This document shows positions 18,916 through 28,095 of a stretch of 64,000 bases of DNA, one piece after another (positions within the stretch are counted from its first letter, which is position 1; the number at the start of each line of letters is the position of its first letter). The translations under genes and the position numbers were made by a program. Below the pieces are notes generated by a model. It made no database searches. It was not told where the DNA came from and saw only the letters and a program-made list of their open reading frames with translations. The stretch spans positions 6,018 to 70,017 of the forward strand of contig CAZPCZ010000001.1 in assembly GCA_964585225.1 (NCBI GenBank), given 5' to 3'. Source of the stretch: an uncultured Gammaproteobacteria bacterium (lineage in GTDB: Bacteria > Patescibacteriota > Patescibacteriia > JACPHY01).

Positions 18916-20172
18916 TTATGCGACAGCTGCTTGCGCGGGGGTCGCCACCGTGTGCGGCCGCACTACTGGAACCGGCAACCCGTCCTCACCGTACGAACGT
19001 CCGACCCAGTAGTGGGAGAGCTCTGGCGCGTGCATGCGGAAGCCGGGACCCGATCCATCATCGGTCTCATCAAGCCGCCGGAGAAGATCCGCGACGATGC
19101 GCTCGGAGGCCTTGCCGTCGCCCATGGGATTCGGCCACGTCTTCCCGTAGAGCGCCTCGAATTTTGCGAGGACGAACTCGGGCGGATACTTCGCCGGCTC
19201 CGCAGGATCGAACTTCACGCTCGAGCCAACGTCGTACGTCTGCGGGCGTTCGGTCGCCTTCCGCATCTGGAGGGACGGCACCTGGAGCACGCACGTCTCC
19301 TCGACGACCGTACCAGAATCCGTGATGACGCCGCGCGAGTTCACCATGAGCGCAACGAACTCGAAGTATCCGATGGGGTCCACCATGATGACGTTCTTCG
19401 GGAGCGTAAGCCCGTACTCCTGGAGCACCTTCTGCGTGCGGTAGCTCGCGGGGAAGTACACCGTCCGATCCGTGTGTCCGATGAGCTTCAGAATCGCCTC
19501 GAAGGATGAGCGGATGTGCACGTTCTCGCGCCGATGGCACGTCATGAGGTAGTACTCCCCCCTCGTGACACCACGAGGCGCGAAGAACGCCGGCGTTGCG
19601 AGCGCATCGAACTGCGCTTTCCGATCGAAGTAGTACGTCTGGAGAATCTCCACGATTGGATTGCCGTACGTGACGACGATGCTCTTTGGATTGAGCCCGC
19701 CGACCATCCCCTGGAGCTTGTACTCCGGGAAGTACGTGTAGATGACATCGGACATCTGGTCAATGAGGCGTCGGTACTTATCCTCCGGCATGCGCCAATC
19801 GTACGAATGCCAGCACCCCTCGAAATGCACGATCGGAATGTTGAGCTGGCACGCGGCAATGCACCCGACGATCGTATTCGTATCTCCGAGGAACATGACC
19901 GCATCGGGCTTGAGATCCTGGAGCACGGGCGAGAGCTTCTGGATCATCGCGCCCGCGATCTCTGCATCGGTCGTACCGGACACGCCGAGCTCGAGGTCGG
20001 GCTTCGCCACGCCGAGCTCGCGGAAGAAAATGTCCTTCAAGTTGTCCGAGTAGTGCTGTCCGGACCAGATGAACGTAATGCGATGCTTCCGCTGGGCGCG
20101 GAGCGCGTTCAAGACGAGCGATGCGCGGATGACATCTGGACGGATACCGAGCACGATTGCGAGGTGAGCCAT
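18916..20172 (-). CDS. UDP-N-acetylglucosamine 2-epimerase (WecB/NeuC family)
   Basis: Start MAHLAIVLGIRPDVIR. The ORF-track start at 20199 carries a 9-aa extension. Typical epimerase_2 pattern (GDTNT..., HFEGC-like HVEAG region, MVDPIGY). About 50 aa extra C-terminal tail. Confidence 0.85.
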   Translation of the reverse strand: MAHLAIVLGIRPDVIRASLVLNALRAQRKHRITFIWSGQHYSDNLKDIFFRELGVAKPDLELGVSGTTDAEIAGAMIQKLSPVLQDLKPDAVMFLGDTNTIVGCIAACQLNIPIVHFEGCWHSYDWRMPEDKYRRLIDQMSDVIYTYFPEYKLQGMVGGLNPKSIVVTYGNPIVEILQTYYFDRKAQFDALATPAFFAPRGVTRGEYYLMTCHRRENVHIRSSFEAILKLIGHTDRTVYFPASYRTQKVLQEYGLTLPKNVIMVDPIGYFEFVALMVNSRGVITDSGTVVEETCVLQVPSLQMRKATERPQTYDVGSSVKFDPAEPAKYPPEFVLAKFEALYGKTWPNPMGDGKASERIVADLLRRLDETDDGSGPGFRMHAPELSHYWVGRSYGEDGLPVPVVRPHTVATPAQAAVA

Positions 20173-20215
20173 AGCAAAGCTGCGAGCTGAGAGCTGCAAG
20201 CTACAAGCGAGATTG
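20173..20215 (-). promoter_or_regulatory. Conserved 5' leader motif copy 1, immediately upstream of the WecB-like ATG
   Basis: Minus strand reads CAATCTCGCTTGTAGCTTGCAGCTCTCAGCTCGCAGCTTTGCT-ATG. 33 of 38 positions are identical to the motif at 30423-30462. Confidence 0.5.
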
Positions 20216-20266
20216 GTCGTATCCTCATTGCACCGCGTACATGCGGCACTGTCAACGCGCGCCTAA

Positions 20267-21199
20267 TCATACCGTTGCGGCTGCGCACGCGCGGAGCGCT
20301 TCTGCGATCGGACGGTCGGTGCCGAATGCCGTCACGAGATCCGATCGCATCGCGAGTACGCGTTGTATGGGAGCCACATGCACGATCGGCCGTACGGTCA
20401 TCCGTTTCCCAAGTGCCTCCGCGATTGCCGTGACGAGCTCTGCCTTCGTGCATGGTACATTCGGCGCGAAGTGGAGCACGTGCGATGTTGCGCGCAGACC
20501 ATCGAATCGGTCCTCCGCGATAATCCAACGACAGAACTCCGCGAATTGGAGCGTCGTCACGCCATGCCAAATGTGATTCGTATACCCGTCGATCGTCGTA
20601 CCTTCAGGTTGTGCGGCGACCCACTCCCAAAGCCCCTCTCGTTTGTACGGACTCGGACCAATGATGGAGCACCGAACATTGAGGGCATTCGGCGCTCGAC
20701 CTTCGCCGAGAAGCTTGGTGCGGCCGTACGTGTCCGTCGCATCCGGCGGGTCGGCCTCGGTATATGCACGTATGCCCACCCCCTCTCGCTCCCCCTCCCG
20801 AGGGGAGGGGGAGAAACTCGAACCGCAAAATACTCCGTCGGTCGACATGTGGATCACGTTGACCCCGCGCTGTGCCGCTGATGCCGCGAGCACGTGTGGA
20901 AATTCCGCGTTCACGCGGATCGCTCGCGCGACTGATGCGGGGTCACTCTCATCAACATGCCGCGCGGTGACGCCGATGCAATTGATGACGAAATCAGTGC
21001 GCGCGAGGAGCTGCTCCAATGTCGTTCGGTGTGAGATTTCTCGCTCGTCGCTCGAAATGACACCAGGGGGAAAAGCGACCGCATCGAATACGTCCCGCCC
21101 CACACCCCGAATCGTAAACCGCGCATCCGAGGCCAAAACATGCTCGACCATGTGGCCGAGCATGCCGCGGTTACCGAGGATGAGGACACGATATGCCAT
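20267..21199 (-). CDS. dTDP-4-dehydrorhamnose reductase (RmlD)-like NDP-sugar reductase with in-frame palindromic-element insertion
   Basis: RVLILGNRGMLG Rossmann motif. STDGVF...YTE.DPP....YGRTKL pattern. About 17 extra aa (SSFSPSPREGEREGVGI) between FCG and RAYTE are encoded by element copy (d). Confidence 0.8.
   Translation of the reverse strand: MAYRVLILGNRGMLGHMVEHVLASDARFTIRGVGRDVFDAVAFPPGVISSDEREISHRTTLEQLLARTDFVINCIGVTARHVDESDPASVARAIRVNAEFPHVLAASAAQRGVNVIHMSTDGVFCGSSFSPSPREGEREGVGIRAYTEADPPDATDTYGRTKLLGEGRAPNALNVRCSIIGPSPYKREGLWEWVAAQPEGTTIDGYTNHIWHGVTTLQFAEFCRWIIAEDRFDGLRATSHVLHFAPNVPCTKAELVTAIAEALGKRMTVRPIVHVAPIQRVLAMRSDLVTAFGTDRPIAEALRACAAATV
20776..20815. repeat. GC-rich palindromic element copy (d), inserted in-frame inside the RmlD-like CDS
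   Basis: ccaccccctctcgctccccctcccgaggggagggggagaaa. Near-identical to the reverse complement of copy (b). Confidence 0.75.
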
Positions 21200-21200
21200 G

Positions 21201-22514
21201 TCACGCGGTCAAAATTTCCGCACCAACGACCTTGACGTCCGGAAGCGGCACGATGAATTTTCCGCCCGCGTGGAGGTAGTCCGCACGTTTGCTCACGACT
21301 TCCTTCATGAAACTCCAGGCGAAGAGAAGCGCGTAGTCCGGACGCGGACCTTCCTCGACGCGCGACCATGGATGGATCGGCACGTGCGTACCGGGTGTTG
21401 CGAATCCGTGCTTCGCGGGTGCGTCGTCTACGACGTAATCGAGGTACTTCCCGTCAATGCCGCAGTAGTTCATGATCGTCGTGCCGCGTCCCGATGCGCC
21501 GTACCCGATGATCGTCTTGCCCTGCGCCTTGAGCGTATCGAGGAGCGCCATGAGATCCGTCCGCGTCTTTGCGATGCGATCGCCGTACGCTTGGAAGGTC
21601 TCCGCGCGGTCGTATCCGCGCTCGCGCTCCTGCTGCTCCATCGCGCGCACGCTCTCGGAAATCGGCTCTGAACGCTGGCCGACGCGCCGCGCGTAGAATC
21701 GTACCGCGCCGGAACGAACACCTGGCGTGAAGTACACATCGAACACTTCCATCCCGTAGCGCGCGAGGAAGTTCCGAATCGCGGAAAGTGAATAGTATGA
21801 ACAGTGCTCGTGGTACACCATGTCGTACTGCATCTCCTCCATCAGCGTCCCGACGTAGTACACCTCGAACACGAGTACGCCGTCTGGCTTCAGGATCGTA
21901 CCCACACCGTCCATGACGCTCCGCATGTCATCAATGTGCGCGAATGAGTAGCTCGTGGTGATTGCGTCGAACTGGCCGAATTGCGTCTTCACGAGCCGCG
22001 CCGCCTCACGCCCGAAAAAACCATCGATGATAGTGAAACCGTCTTGCGCCACCGATGCAACGACGTTCGATGCGGGATCCATACCGATCGCGCGTACACC
22101 GAGCTGGGCGAAGGGCTTGAGCATGACGCCATCGTTGCAGCCGATCTCGAATACCGATGGATCGGTGCGGCCAGTCAGGAACCGATCGTGGACGTCCTTC
22201 GCGAAATCCGCGCAGTGCGTAACGAGCGTCTGGATCTTTGATGAAAAGTAGAAGTAGTTCTTGAAGAGCACCTCGCCCGCGACCGCGTTCGTCACCTGAA
22301 CGAGTGTGCAATCGCTGCAAAACTTCAGATCGAGCGGGTAGTACTGCTCTCCTACGAACTGCTCGGGTTTCAGGAAGCCGCCTGCGAGCGGAACGTCGCC
22401 GAAGTCGAGCACACGCTCAAGCCGCTGGCCGTCGCAAAAACGACAGGTGGCATGCGGCATGAATTCACCGATCCGACGTTCGGTGGTGCGGACAGGGGTT
22501 GCGGTCATCGTCAT
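21201..22514 (-). CDS. NDP-hexose C-methyltransferase (TylC3/NovU-like: zinc-binding + MTase + C-methyltransferase C-terminal domain)
   Basis: CRFCDG...CSDC zinc-binding region, class I MTase core (EIGCNDG) and a C-terminal domain. Start MTMTATP has an ATGA overlap with the GT2 stop. Confidence 0.75.
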   Translation of the reverse strand: MTMTATPVRTTERRIGEFMPHATCRFCDGQRLERVLDFGDVPLAGGFLKPEQFVGEQYYPLDLKFCSDCTLVQVTNAVAGEVLFKNYFYFSSKIQTLVTHCADFAKDVHDRFLTGRTDPSVFEIGCNDGVMLKPFAQLGVRAIGMDPASNVVASVAQDGFTIIDGFFGREAARLVKTQFGQFDAITTSYSFAHIDDMRSVMDGVGTILKPDGVLVFEVYYVGTLMEEMQYDMVYHEHCSYYSLSAIRNFLARYGMEVFDVYFTPGVRSGAVRFYARRVGQRSEPISESVRAMEQQERERGYDRAETFQAYGDRIAKTRTDLMALLDTLKAQGKTIIGYGASGRGTTIMNYCGIDGKYLDYVVDDAPAKHGFATPGTHVPIHPWSRVEEGPRPDYALLFAWSFMKEVVSKRADYLHAGGKFIVPLPDVKVVGAEILTA

Positions 22515-23275
22515 ACGGCGGTCGTGTGTTCCGGTACGCGGTACGGGATGCGAGACGCGTTCCGCGCGTGAGTAAAATACTGTCGCCAAGTTCGAAATCC
22601 GTACGAGAGGTGCGAACGACCATCCTCCGGTCCACGACTCGTGAGCGTGTATGGGATCTCGCAAAACGTCGCGCCGAGTCGCTTCGCTTCGCAGAGCTCC
22701 TCGAGAATCATCGCGAATCCATGCTCGGTGAGCCGCATGTTCCGGAGGAGGTCCGTCCGCACTGCACGAAACCCATTCGTGTGATCACGGATCGGGAGTT
22801 GGTAGAACGTGCGGGCAACACCGTTCCCGACACGGGAAAGCAGCTGGTGGCGCCAAGGCACGCCGACGACCGCGCTCCCCGCAGCATACCGAGATGCCTT
22901 GATGTACGCCCATCCTTCATTCATCTTCTCGTAGAATAGCGTCAGGTATCGCGGATGATTCGTCAAATCACTGTCCATGAAGAGCGCATAGTCGAACCCC
23001 CCATCGATCGCGAATCGCGCACCTGAGCGGAGTGCGGCGCCATACCCCCGATTCACCTCATGGTGCACGACGCGAAATCGTTCATCGTGGAGCTCCTCTG
23101 CGAGCCGTACAAGGATCTTCGGCGTCGCATCGTGGGAGCCATCGTTCACGACACAGAGCGTCGTCTCGTACGGGAGTGCACCAAGATGCGCGTGAACCGT
23201 CCGCACGCTCCGCTCCGCGACTGCCTCCTCGTCATGCATGGGGATCACGATGCACACGCGCATACGGTCGCTCAC
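22511..23275 (-). CDS. GT2 polyprenol-phosphate glycosyltransferase (DPM1/ArnC/GtrB-like)
   Basis: VCIVIPMHDE, VVNDGSHD and MDSDL (DxD) motifs. About 250 aa, soluble. ATGA overlap with the upstream FkbM gene. Confidence 0.85.
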   Translation of the reverse strand: MSDRMRVCIVIPMHDEEAVAERSVRTVHAHLGALPYETTLCVVNDGSHDATPKILVRLAEELHDERFRVVHHEVNRGYGAALRSGARFAIDGGFDYALFMDSDLTNHPRYLTLFYEKMNEGWAYIKASRYAAGSAVVGVPWRHQLLSRVGNGVARTFYQLPIRDHTNGFRAVRTDLLRNMRLTEHGFAMILEELCEAKRLGATFCEIPYTLTSRGPEDGRSHLSYGFRTWRQYFTHARNASRIPYRVPEHTTAV

Positions 23276-24135
23276 TGAGGAAACGCGAGGACATTACGAC
23301 TCCCTCCTACGGGAATCGTCGCTGCGAGATCGGCGACATTGCGCGGGAGTGGCACGCCGTGCAGATCGGTGAACGTATAGCCGTGCGCGTGAAAGATTCC
23401 GACAAGCTCACTGAGTGATGCCCCATGCTCTTCGAGGCCGTACGGGAGGAGCTCCATAATGAAGCGTGGCCGATGCTGCTCGAGCAGATGCTTGGCCCCG
23501 GAGAGTACGGCACACTCGACGCCGTCAATATCCATTTTCACGAAATGCACCTTCGGGATGGCGAGTCGTTCGAGCAGCGCGTCGATGGTCACGCGCTCCG
23601 CCCCCTCTATTGATGCTCGTTGCCCTCGATGGATGGGATGGAGGTCCTCCGCTCTCCGGAGCGGCCAACTCGAGAACAGTCCTCCGGAAGGTGTCGCCGA
23701 GCGTTTGTCGCCTGACCCGATCAAGTACGCCTGCACCGCCTGTACGCGATCGCAAATACTTGGATTCGCAGCGACATTCTTCGTGAGCTTTCGAAATGCG
23801 GAAGTGGTTGGCTCAATGGCGATCACGCGTCCCTCCGCACCGACGCAGCGCGCCATGGGCAGCGTGTGCGCACCGACGTGCGCTCCGATATCGAGTACGA
23901 CGTCACCCGGTCGCAGGACGCGCGTGTACGCTCGCATTGTTTCGCGTTCGAACGCGCCGAGGAGATAGATAGTGAACTCGATGCCCTCTCCGAGATCGAG
24001 CTCCCACGTGAATCCGTTTCGTCGAACACGGACGACGTCGCCGAACCCCGCCACGCGACGCGCGAACGAGATCGGCACGTACGCCGATCGCGCGATCGCA
24101 AGTTTCGTTTTCGTGTTCATGCGCACACGCGTCAT
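23272..24135 (-). CDS. FkbM-family methyltransferase
   Basis: VLDIGAHVGAHT SAM motif followed by a FkbM-type C-terminus. Start MTRVRMN has an ATGA overlap with the GT-C stop. Confidence 0.75.
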   Translation of the reverse strand: MTRVRMNTKTKLAIARSAYVPISFARRVAGFGDVVRVRRNGFTWELDLGEGIEFTIYLLGAFERETMRAYTRVLRPGDVVLDIGAHVGAHTLPMARCVGAEGRVIAIEPTTSAFRKLTKNVAANPSICDRVQAVQAYLIGSGDKRSATPSGGLFSSWPLRRAEDLHPIHRGQRASIEGAERVTIDALLERLAIPKVHFVKMDIDGVECAVLSGAKHLLEQHRPRFIMELLPYGLEEHGASLSELVGIFHAHGYTFTDLHGVPLPRNVADLAATIPVGGSRNVLAFPQ

Positions 24136-25556
24136 AGCACTCGTCGCCGCAATCGGAACGTCCAAAGGAAGGAGCCCCCATACGCCGCGAGCACGTAGAG
24201 CATCGGCATGAGCGGTGGTCGGTATCTTGGGGTAGCAACGGGAGTGGATACGAACACGACGTAGAGTACCACTGCGAGTAATACGGACAACATCCAGCGA
24301 TCGCTCCGATTTCGGAGCATACGCATGACGCCGATGCACGCGAAGCCCAGTAGCGCGAGCATGAATACCTTCAGTAGCCAGTAGATCGCAACGTAAAGGT
24401 ACCGACCTTCGGACCAGAGCGCGGGGAGCAGCGTACGATGGCCTGTAATGGCCCCGGAGGTGAACCCGCGAATAATATCCTCCACGCGCCCCTTGGGAAA
24501 AAAGTAGTACGGAGGAAGCGTCCCAAACAGCAGCGACGGCACATCGAGCAATTTCACGACGAGATACGTGAATGGATGATCGAGTACAATCCTGCGCCCC
24601 ACCGCATATTGGTAATCGCTCTTCTCCGCTACAGATGCACGCTCGGCGGCATTCGGTGGAAGGACGGCGGCCATTTCCTGTTCGATCTCCAGATTCGAGA
24701 CCCCTCGAATGCGGGCAAGGGTATGCGCCGCATGGTACTGCAGCATCACCTCACCGGATTGCGAACTGAATGAAGAAGTGCCCACCACATACCAATTCCT
24801 CACTTTCCAACCGCCAAAAAAGGCAAACACGATCGCGAAAAAGATACCAACGTGCAGCAGCTTCGTACGGCGCGAGAGTGCACCATTCCGCAAGAGATAC
24901 AGCGCGAGTATGAAAAGGAGGGGCACCCAAAGCAAGTACACGGAAACCTTCGTCCATGTGCCCACCCCAAGCCAGAGCGCGGAAAGCAGCACGCCAGAAA
25001 TGAACTGTTGCGCCTTGAGGTATCGCATGAGATAGAAAATACCCATCGTACTGAAGAAGGCAGCCACGAAATCCGGGGTGTCATAATTCATGGCAACGGA
25101 AATCATGTAGACGTCCAGTGCCGCCAAGAGCGCTGCGGCGTATCCGAGGCCCGGACCCCACAGGCGACCGATGCGATAGGTAAAGTACACCACTCCAATA
25201 GCCATGCACCATGTCATAAACCGCACGACATCGAGCGCGAGCGTGGTATCCCCAAACACGAGGAAGCTCGAGAAGAGCATGAAGGGATACACCGGCGGGA
25301 AACGCGAGGTCGAGAGCAACGCGCCTGTCTCGCTCACTTCGCCAACAGAAAAAAGTCTGTCGTAATAGAGGTGGCGAGCAGCTTCGACGTAAGAAAGGGA
25401 ACCCCCAGCGTGAGAGAGCAACTCTTGGCCATAGTTCTTCAACCAAAACACGAACAGAAGGCCCCAGACGAGCACGACGCACGCCCAGAACAAGGTGCTG
25501 GGTCTCCACGTCGCTCGGAGAAGTGGTGCGATTCGCCGTGCGTCCATACTGGACAT
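24132..25556 (-). CDS. GT-C membrane glycosyltransferase (ArnT/PMT, GT39/83-like), paralog of 41237..42631
   Basis: 474 aa with about 11 TM segments. Motifs shared with the paralog: LLWVPL, FFGGWKVRN, FGTxPPY, LLPxLWSEGR, YVLxxYG. Lower GC than flanks. Confidence 0.75.
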   Translation of the reverse strand: MSSMDARRIAPLLRATWRPSTLFWACVVLVWGLLFVFWLKNYGQELLSHAGGSLSYVEAARHLYYDRLFSVGEVSETGALLSTSRFPPVYPFMLFSSFLVFGDTTLALDVVRFMTWCMAIGVVYFTYRIGRLWGPGLGYAAALLAALDVYMISVAMNYDTPDFVAAFFSTMGIFYLMRYLKAQQFISGVLLSALWLGVGTWTKVSVYLLWVPLLFILALYLLRNGALSRRTKLLHVGIFFAIVFAFFGGWKVRNWYVVGTSSFSSQSGEVMLQYHAAHTLARIRGVSNLEIEQEMAAVLPPNAAERASVAEKSDYQYAVGRRIVLDHPFTYLVVKLLDVPSLLFGTLPPYYFFPKGRVEDIIRGFTSGAITGHRTLLPALWSEGRYLYVAIYWLLKVFMLALLGFACIGVMRMLRNRSDRWMLSVLLAVVLYVVFVSTPVATPRYRPPLMPMLYVLAAYGGSFLWTFRLRRRVL

Positions 25557-25559
25557 TCC

Positions 25560-26987
25560 TCACGAACGGAGATCCCACCACATGCGCATGACCGCACGGG
25601 TGAACCGCCACCCTTCTCGAAACCGAAGCATCTTCGACTCACCGAATGTCCGCGCGAGGTAGTGCACGGGTACCTCGACCATCTTCAAGCTCAGCGCCGC
25701 CGCGCCGAAGAAGAGCGCGAGATCACCGTAGCGATCGAGCTGCGCCAGCTTCGATGGGATCGACATGCGCTCGAAGTCGCGCTGAAAGAGCACTTTTGTT
25801 CCGCAGAATGCATCGGTTGCGTGCTGTCCCGTCACGCGAGCAACCGCCGAACCAAAACGACGGTTCATAAAGACATTAAGGGGCTGCATCGCGCCGCGCT
25901 CCATGGGGTAGATAAGCCGCGAGCCGTACAAGAATTCGCCGCGCCGTGTACTGATGGTGTCGTAGAATGTACGCAGCGCTGCGGGATCGACGCTCGCATC
26001 TGCATCGAGCACCATGAGGATGTCTCCGTTCGCTTGCGCGAAGCCCGTCCGGACTGCGTCCCATTTTCCTCGTCCACCCTGCACCACGCAGCGCACGTTC
26101 CGTTTCCCCGCGTACTCCGCGACGACGCGCTGAATCTCTTCCCGTGTTCCATCTGTGGAGTGCCCCTCCACGAAGAGGATCTCGGTCGCGCTCCCCAGCG
26201 CCGGCACGCGTTGCACGATCTGCTCGATGTTCCCGCGCTCGTTCCGTGCGGGGATGATGACGCTCACTCGAAATCGCGCTCCCGCCGAATGGCGGGGTCG
26301 CAGCCGACACATGACGTACTCGATGACGCAGAACCGATTGATGATCGGAAGCGGAGCGAGCACGCGATTGGCGAAGGCGCTGAACCACGGAATGTACTTC
26401 GGGAAGAGCGTCCGTCTCCCGTGCTGGATGATCTCGAAATCCGCGAGCTGGAGCAGTCGCACCACGTCGTGGTGTCCAATCCAGTTCAGGAATGGGTGTG
26501 GCTGCTTGAGCCGGAGCGATGCTGCGAGCGTGAGGATCGGGGACCAGAGGCGATTGTACTTCGTCACGATGACGCGCGTGCGCTCATCACAGAGCGCGTG
26601 GATGTTCTTGAACGACGCGTGAATGTCGTCGAGGTACCCCACGAGGTCGGAGAGGATGACGTAGTCGAACGCCTTCGTAATTGGCGAGACCACGTCAATA
26701 TCGCCCTCGTAGAACTCAAGATGGGGGTATCGCTCCCGTGCGAGCCGCACGACCGTTGGCGAGCAATCAATGCCCGCGCCAACCTTCGGCTCCACTGTGT
26801 GGAGGAGTTCTGCGGTTCCACACCCAACCTCGCAAACGGTGCTCCCCTTCGGGATGAACGTCCGGAGGAGCCGCGTGAGCCCATGGTAGTAGTACGCATT
26901 CCGGCGATTCCATCGTGGAAGCTCTGGCGCGATCGCATCGAAATGCGCACGAAGCTGTGCTTTCCGCGACTGCGGTGCGTCGCTCAT
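25560..26987 (-). CDS. Bifunctional SAM-dependent methyltransferase / GT2 glycosyltransferase fusion
   Basis: N-terminal class I MTase (VCEVGCGTAEL). C-terminal GT2 (VSVIIPARNE ... VLDAD). Confidence 0.8.
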   Translation of the reverse strand: MSDAPQSRKAQLRAHFDAIAPELPRWNRRNAYYYHGLTRLLRTFIPKGSTVCEVGCGTAELLHTVEPKVGAGIDCSPTVVRLARERYPHLEFYEGDIDVVSPITKAFDYVILSDLVGYLDDIHASFKNIHALCDERTRVIVTKYNRLWSPILTLAASLRLKQPHPFLNWIGHHDVVRLLQLADFEIIQHGRRTLFPKYIPWFSAFANRVLAPLPIINRFCVIEYVMCRLRPRHSAGARFRVSVIIPARNERGNIEQIVQRVPALGSATEILFVEGHSTDGTREEIQRVVAEYAGKRNVRCVVQGGRGKWDAVRTGFAQANGDILMVLDADASVDPAALRTFYDTISTRRGEFLYGSRLIYPMERGAMQPLNVFMNRRFGSAVARVTGQHATDAFCGTKVLFQRDFERMSIPSKLAQLDRYGDLALFFGAAALSLKMVEVPVHYLARTFGESKMLRFREGWRFTRAVMRMWWDLRS

Positions 26988-27934
26988 ACGTTCGCCACGC
27001 GCGCGTTGGCTTCATACCACGCGATTGTTGCCCGGAGGCCATCCGCAAGCAACGTGCGGGCGACAAAGCCGCACTCGCGCTGTGCACGAGTCGCATCGAG
27101 GCATCGGCGTGGGAATCCTTCCGGTTTCGACGCATCCCATTGGATGGTGCCCGTGAACCCCATGATGGAACAGATGGTTCGGACGAGTGTTTCGATGGTC
27201 GTTTCCATTCCGGTCCCCAGATTCATCGGTGCGGGATCGTCGTAACGTTCCGTCGCGAGCACAATGCCCTCAGCCGCATCCTCCACGTACAGGAATTCAC
27301 GAGTCGCTTGCCCACTCCCCCATACAGACACCGCATCGTCTCCCTGCTGCTTGGCATCCGTGATTTTCCGGATGAGCGCGGGGACGACGTGCGATCGCTC
27401 GGGATCGAAGTGATCACCAGGACCGTAGAGGTTGACCGGCAGGAGATGGATGGCGTGGAACCCGTACTCGCGCCGGTACGCTTCCGCTTGGACGAGGAGC
27501 ATCTTCTTCGCGAGACCGTACGGTGCAGTCGCTGGAGCAGGATACCCATCCCAAAGGGATTCCTCCCGCAGTGGAATGGGAGTATGCTCCGGGTACTCGC
27601 ACGTCGTACCCACGACGATGAACCGCTCGACACTCGCATGACGCGCCGCCTCCATGAGCTGGAGCCCCATGATGGCGTTGTCGTAGAACAGTTGCCCGGG
27701 ATGCGCGACGTTGTACCCAATCCCTCCGACGTTCGCCGCGAGGTGGAGCACGACATCGTGGTCACGCACGACGTCCACACACGTCTCCCATCGACGGAGG
27801 TCATGCACCGCCGAACGTGGAACGGTGATCTGTGCGGGTGGGACGCCGATCGCGAGGAGGCGGCGGTGCACGGCACCACCGAGAAACCCGGTACCACCGG
27901 TGAGGAGGATGCGCTTACGCTTGAGATCAAGCAT
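26984..27934 (-). CDS. fcl: GDP-L-fucose synthase (GDP-4-keto-6-deoxy-D-mannose 3,5-epimerase/4-reductase)
   Basis: ILLTGGTGFLGGAV, HLAANVGGI, ...YGPGDHFDPERSHVVPALI. Confidence 0.85.
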   Translation of the reverse strand: MLDLKRKRILLTGGTGFLGGAVHRRLLAIGVPPAQITVPRSAVHDLRRWETCVDVVRDHDVVLHLAANVGGIGYNVAHPGQLFYDNAIMGLQLMEAARHASVERFIVVGTTCEYPEHTPIPLREESLWDGYPAPATAPYGLAKKMLLVQAEAYRREYGFHAIHLLPVNLYGPGDHFDPERSHVVPALIRKITDAKQQGDDAVSVWGSGQATREFLYVEDAAEGIVLATERYDDPAPMNLGTGMETTIETLVRTICSIMGFTGTIQWDASKPEGFPRRCLDATRAQRECGFVARTLLADGLRATIAWYEANARVANV

Positions 27935-28028
27935 ATCTATCACCAAACGTATCGAATCCCAGTGTCCCATGCGGGATATGAACGGTCAATGCGCCCACGA
28001 AACCAAATACCCCGCTTGCAACCCGAAC

Positions 28029-28063
28029 AAAAAAACGCGCCCCGATGGACATCGCGACGCGCC
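28029..28063 (-). terminator. Putative intrinsic terminator (imperfect GC hairpin followed by T7) between the cupin pseudogene and fcl
   Basis: Minus strand reads GGCGCGTCGCGATGTCCATCGGGGCGCG followed by TTTTTTT. A 7-nt homopolymer T run is unusual in this GC-rich sequence. Confidence 0.45.
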
Positions 28064-28095
28064 TCTACGACTCCACTCTTCGCTTGGAACGGTGC

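Noticed and set aside
20173-20215. AGCTG-rich region as a possible small ORF or tRNA
   Set aside because: Too short and lacks tRNA cloverleaf features. Better explained as a repeated non-coding leader motif shared with 30423-30462.
24852-27245. 797-aa plus-strand ORF, the longest in the track
   Set aside because: It is antisense to the GT-C and MTase-GT2 genes. Its composition is low-complexity and R/E/H/D-rich, typical of shadow ORFs in high-GC DNA. No domain motifs. The opposite strand encodes well-supported proteins.
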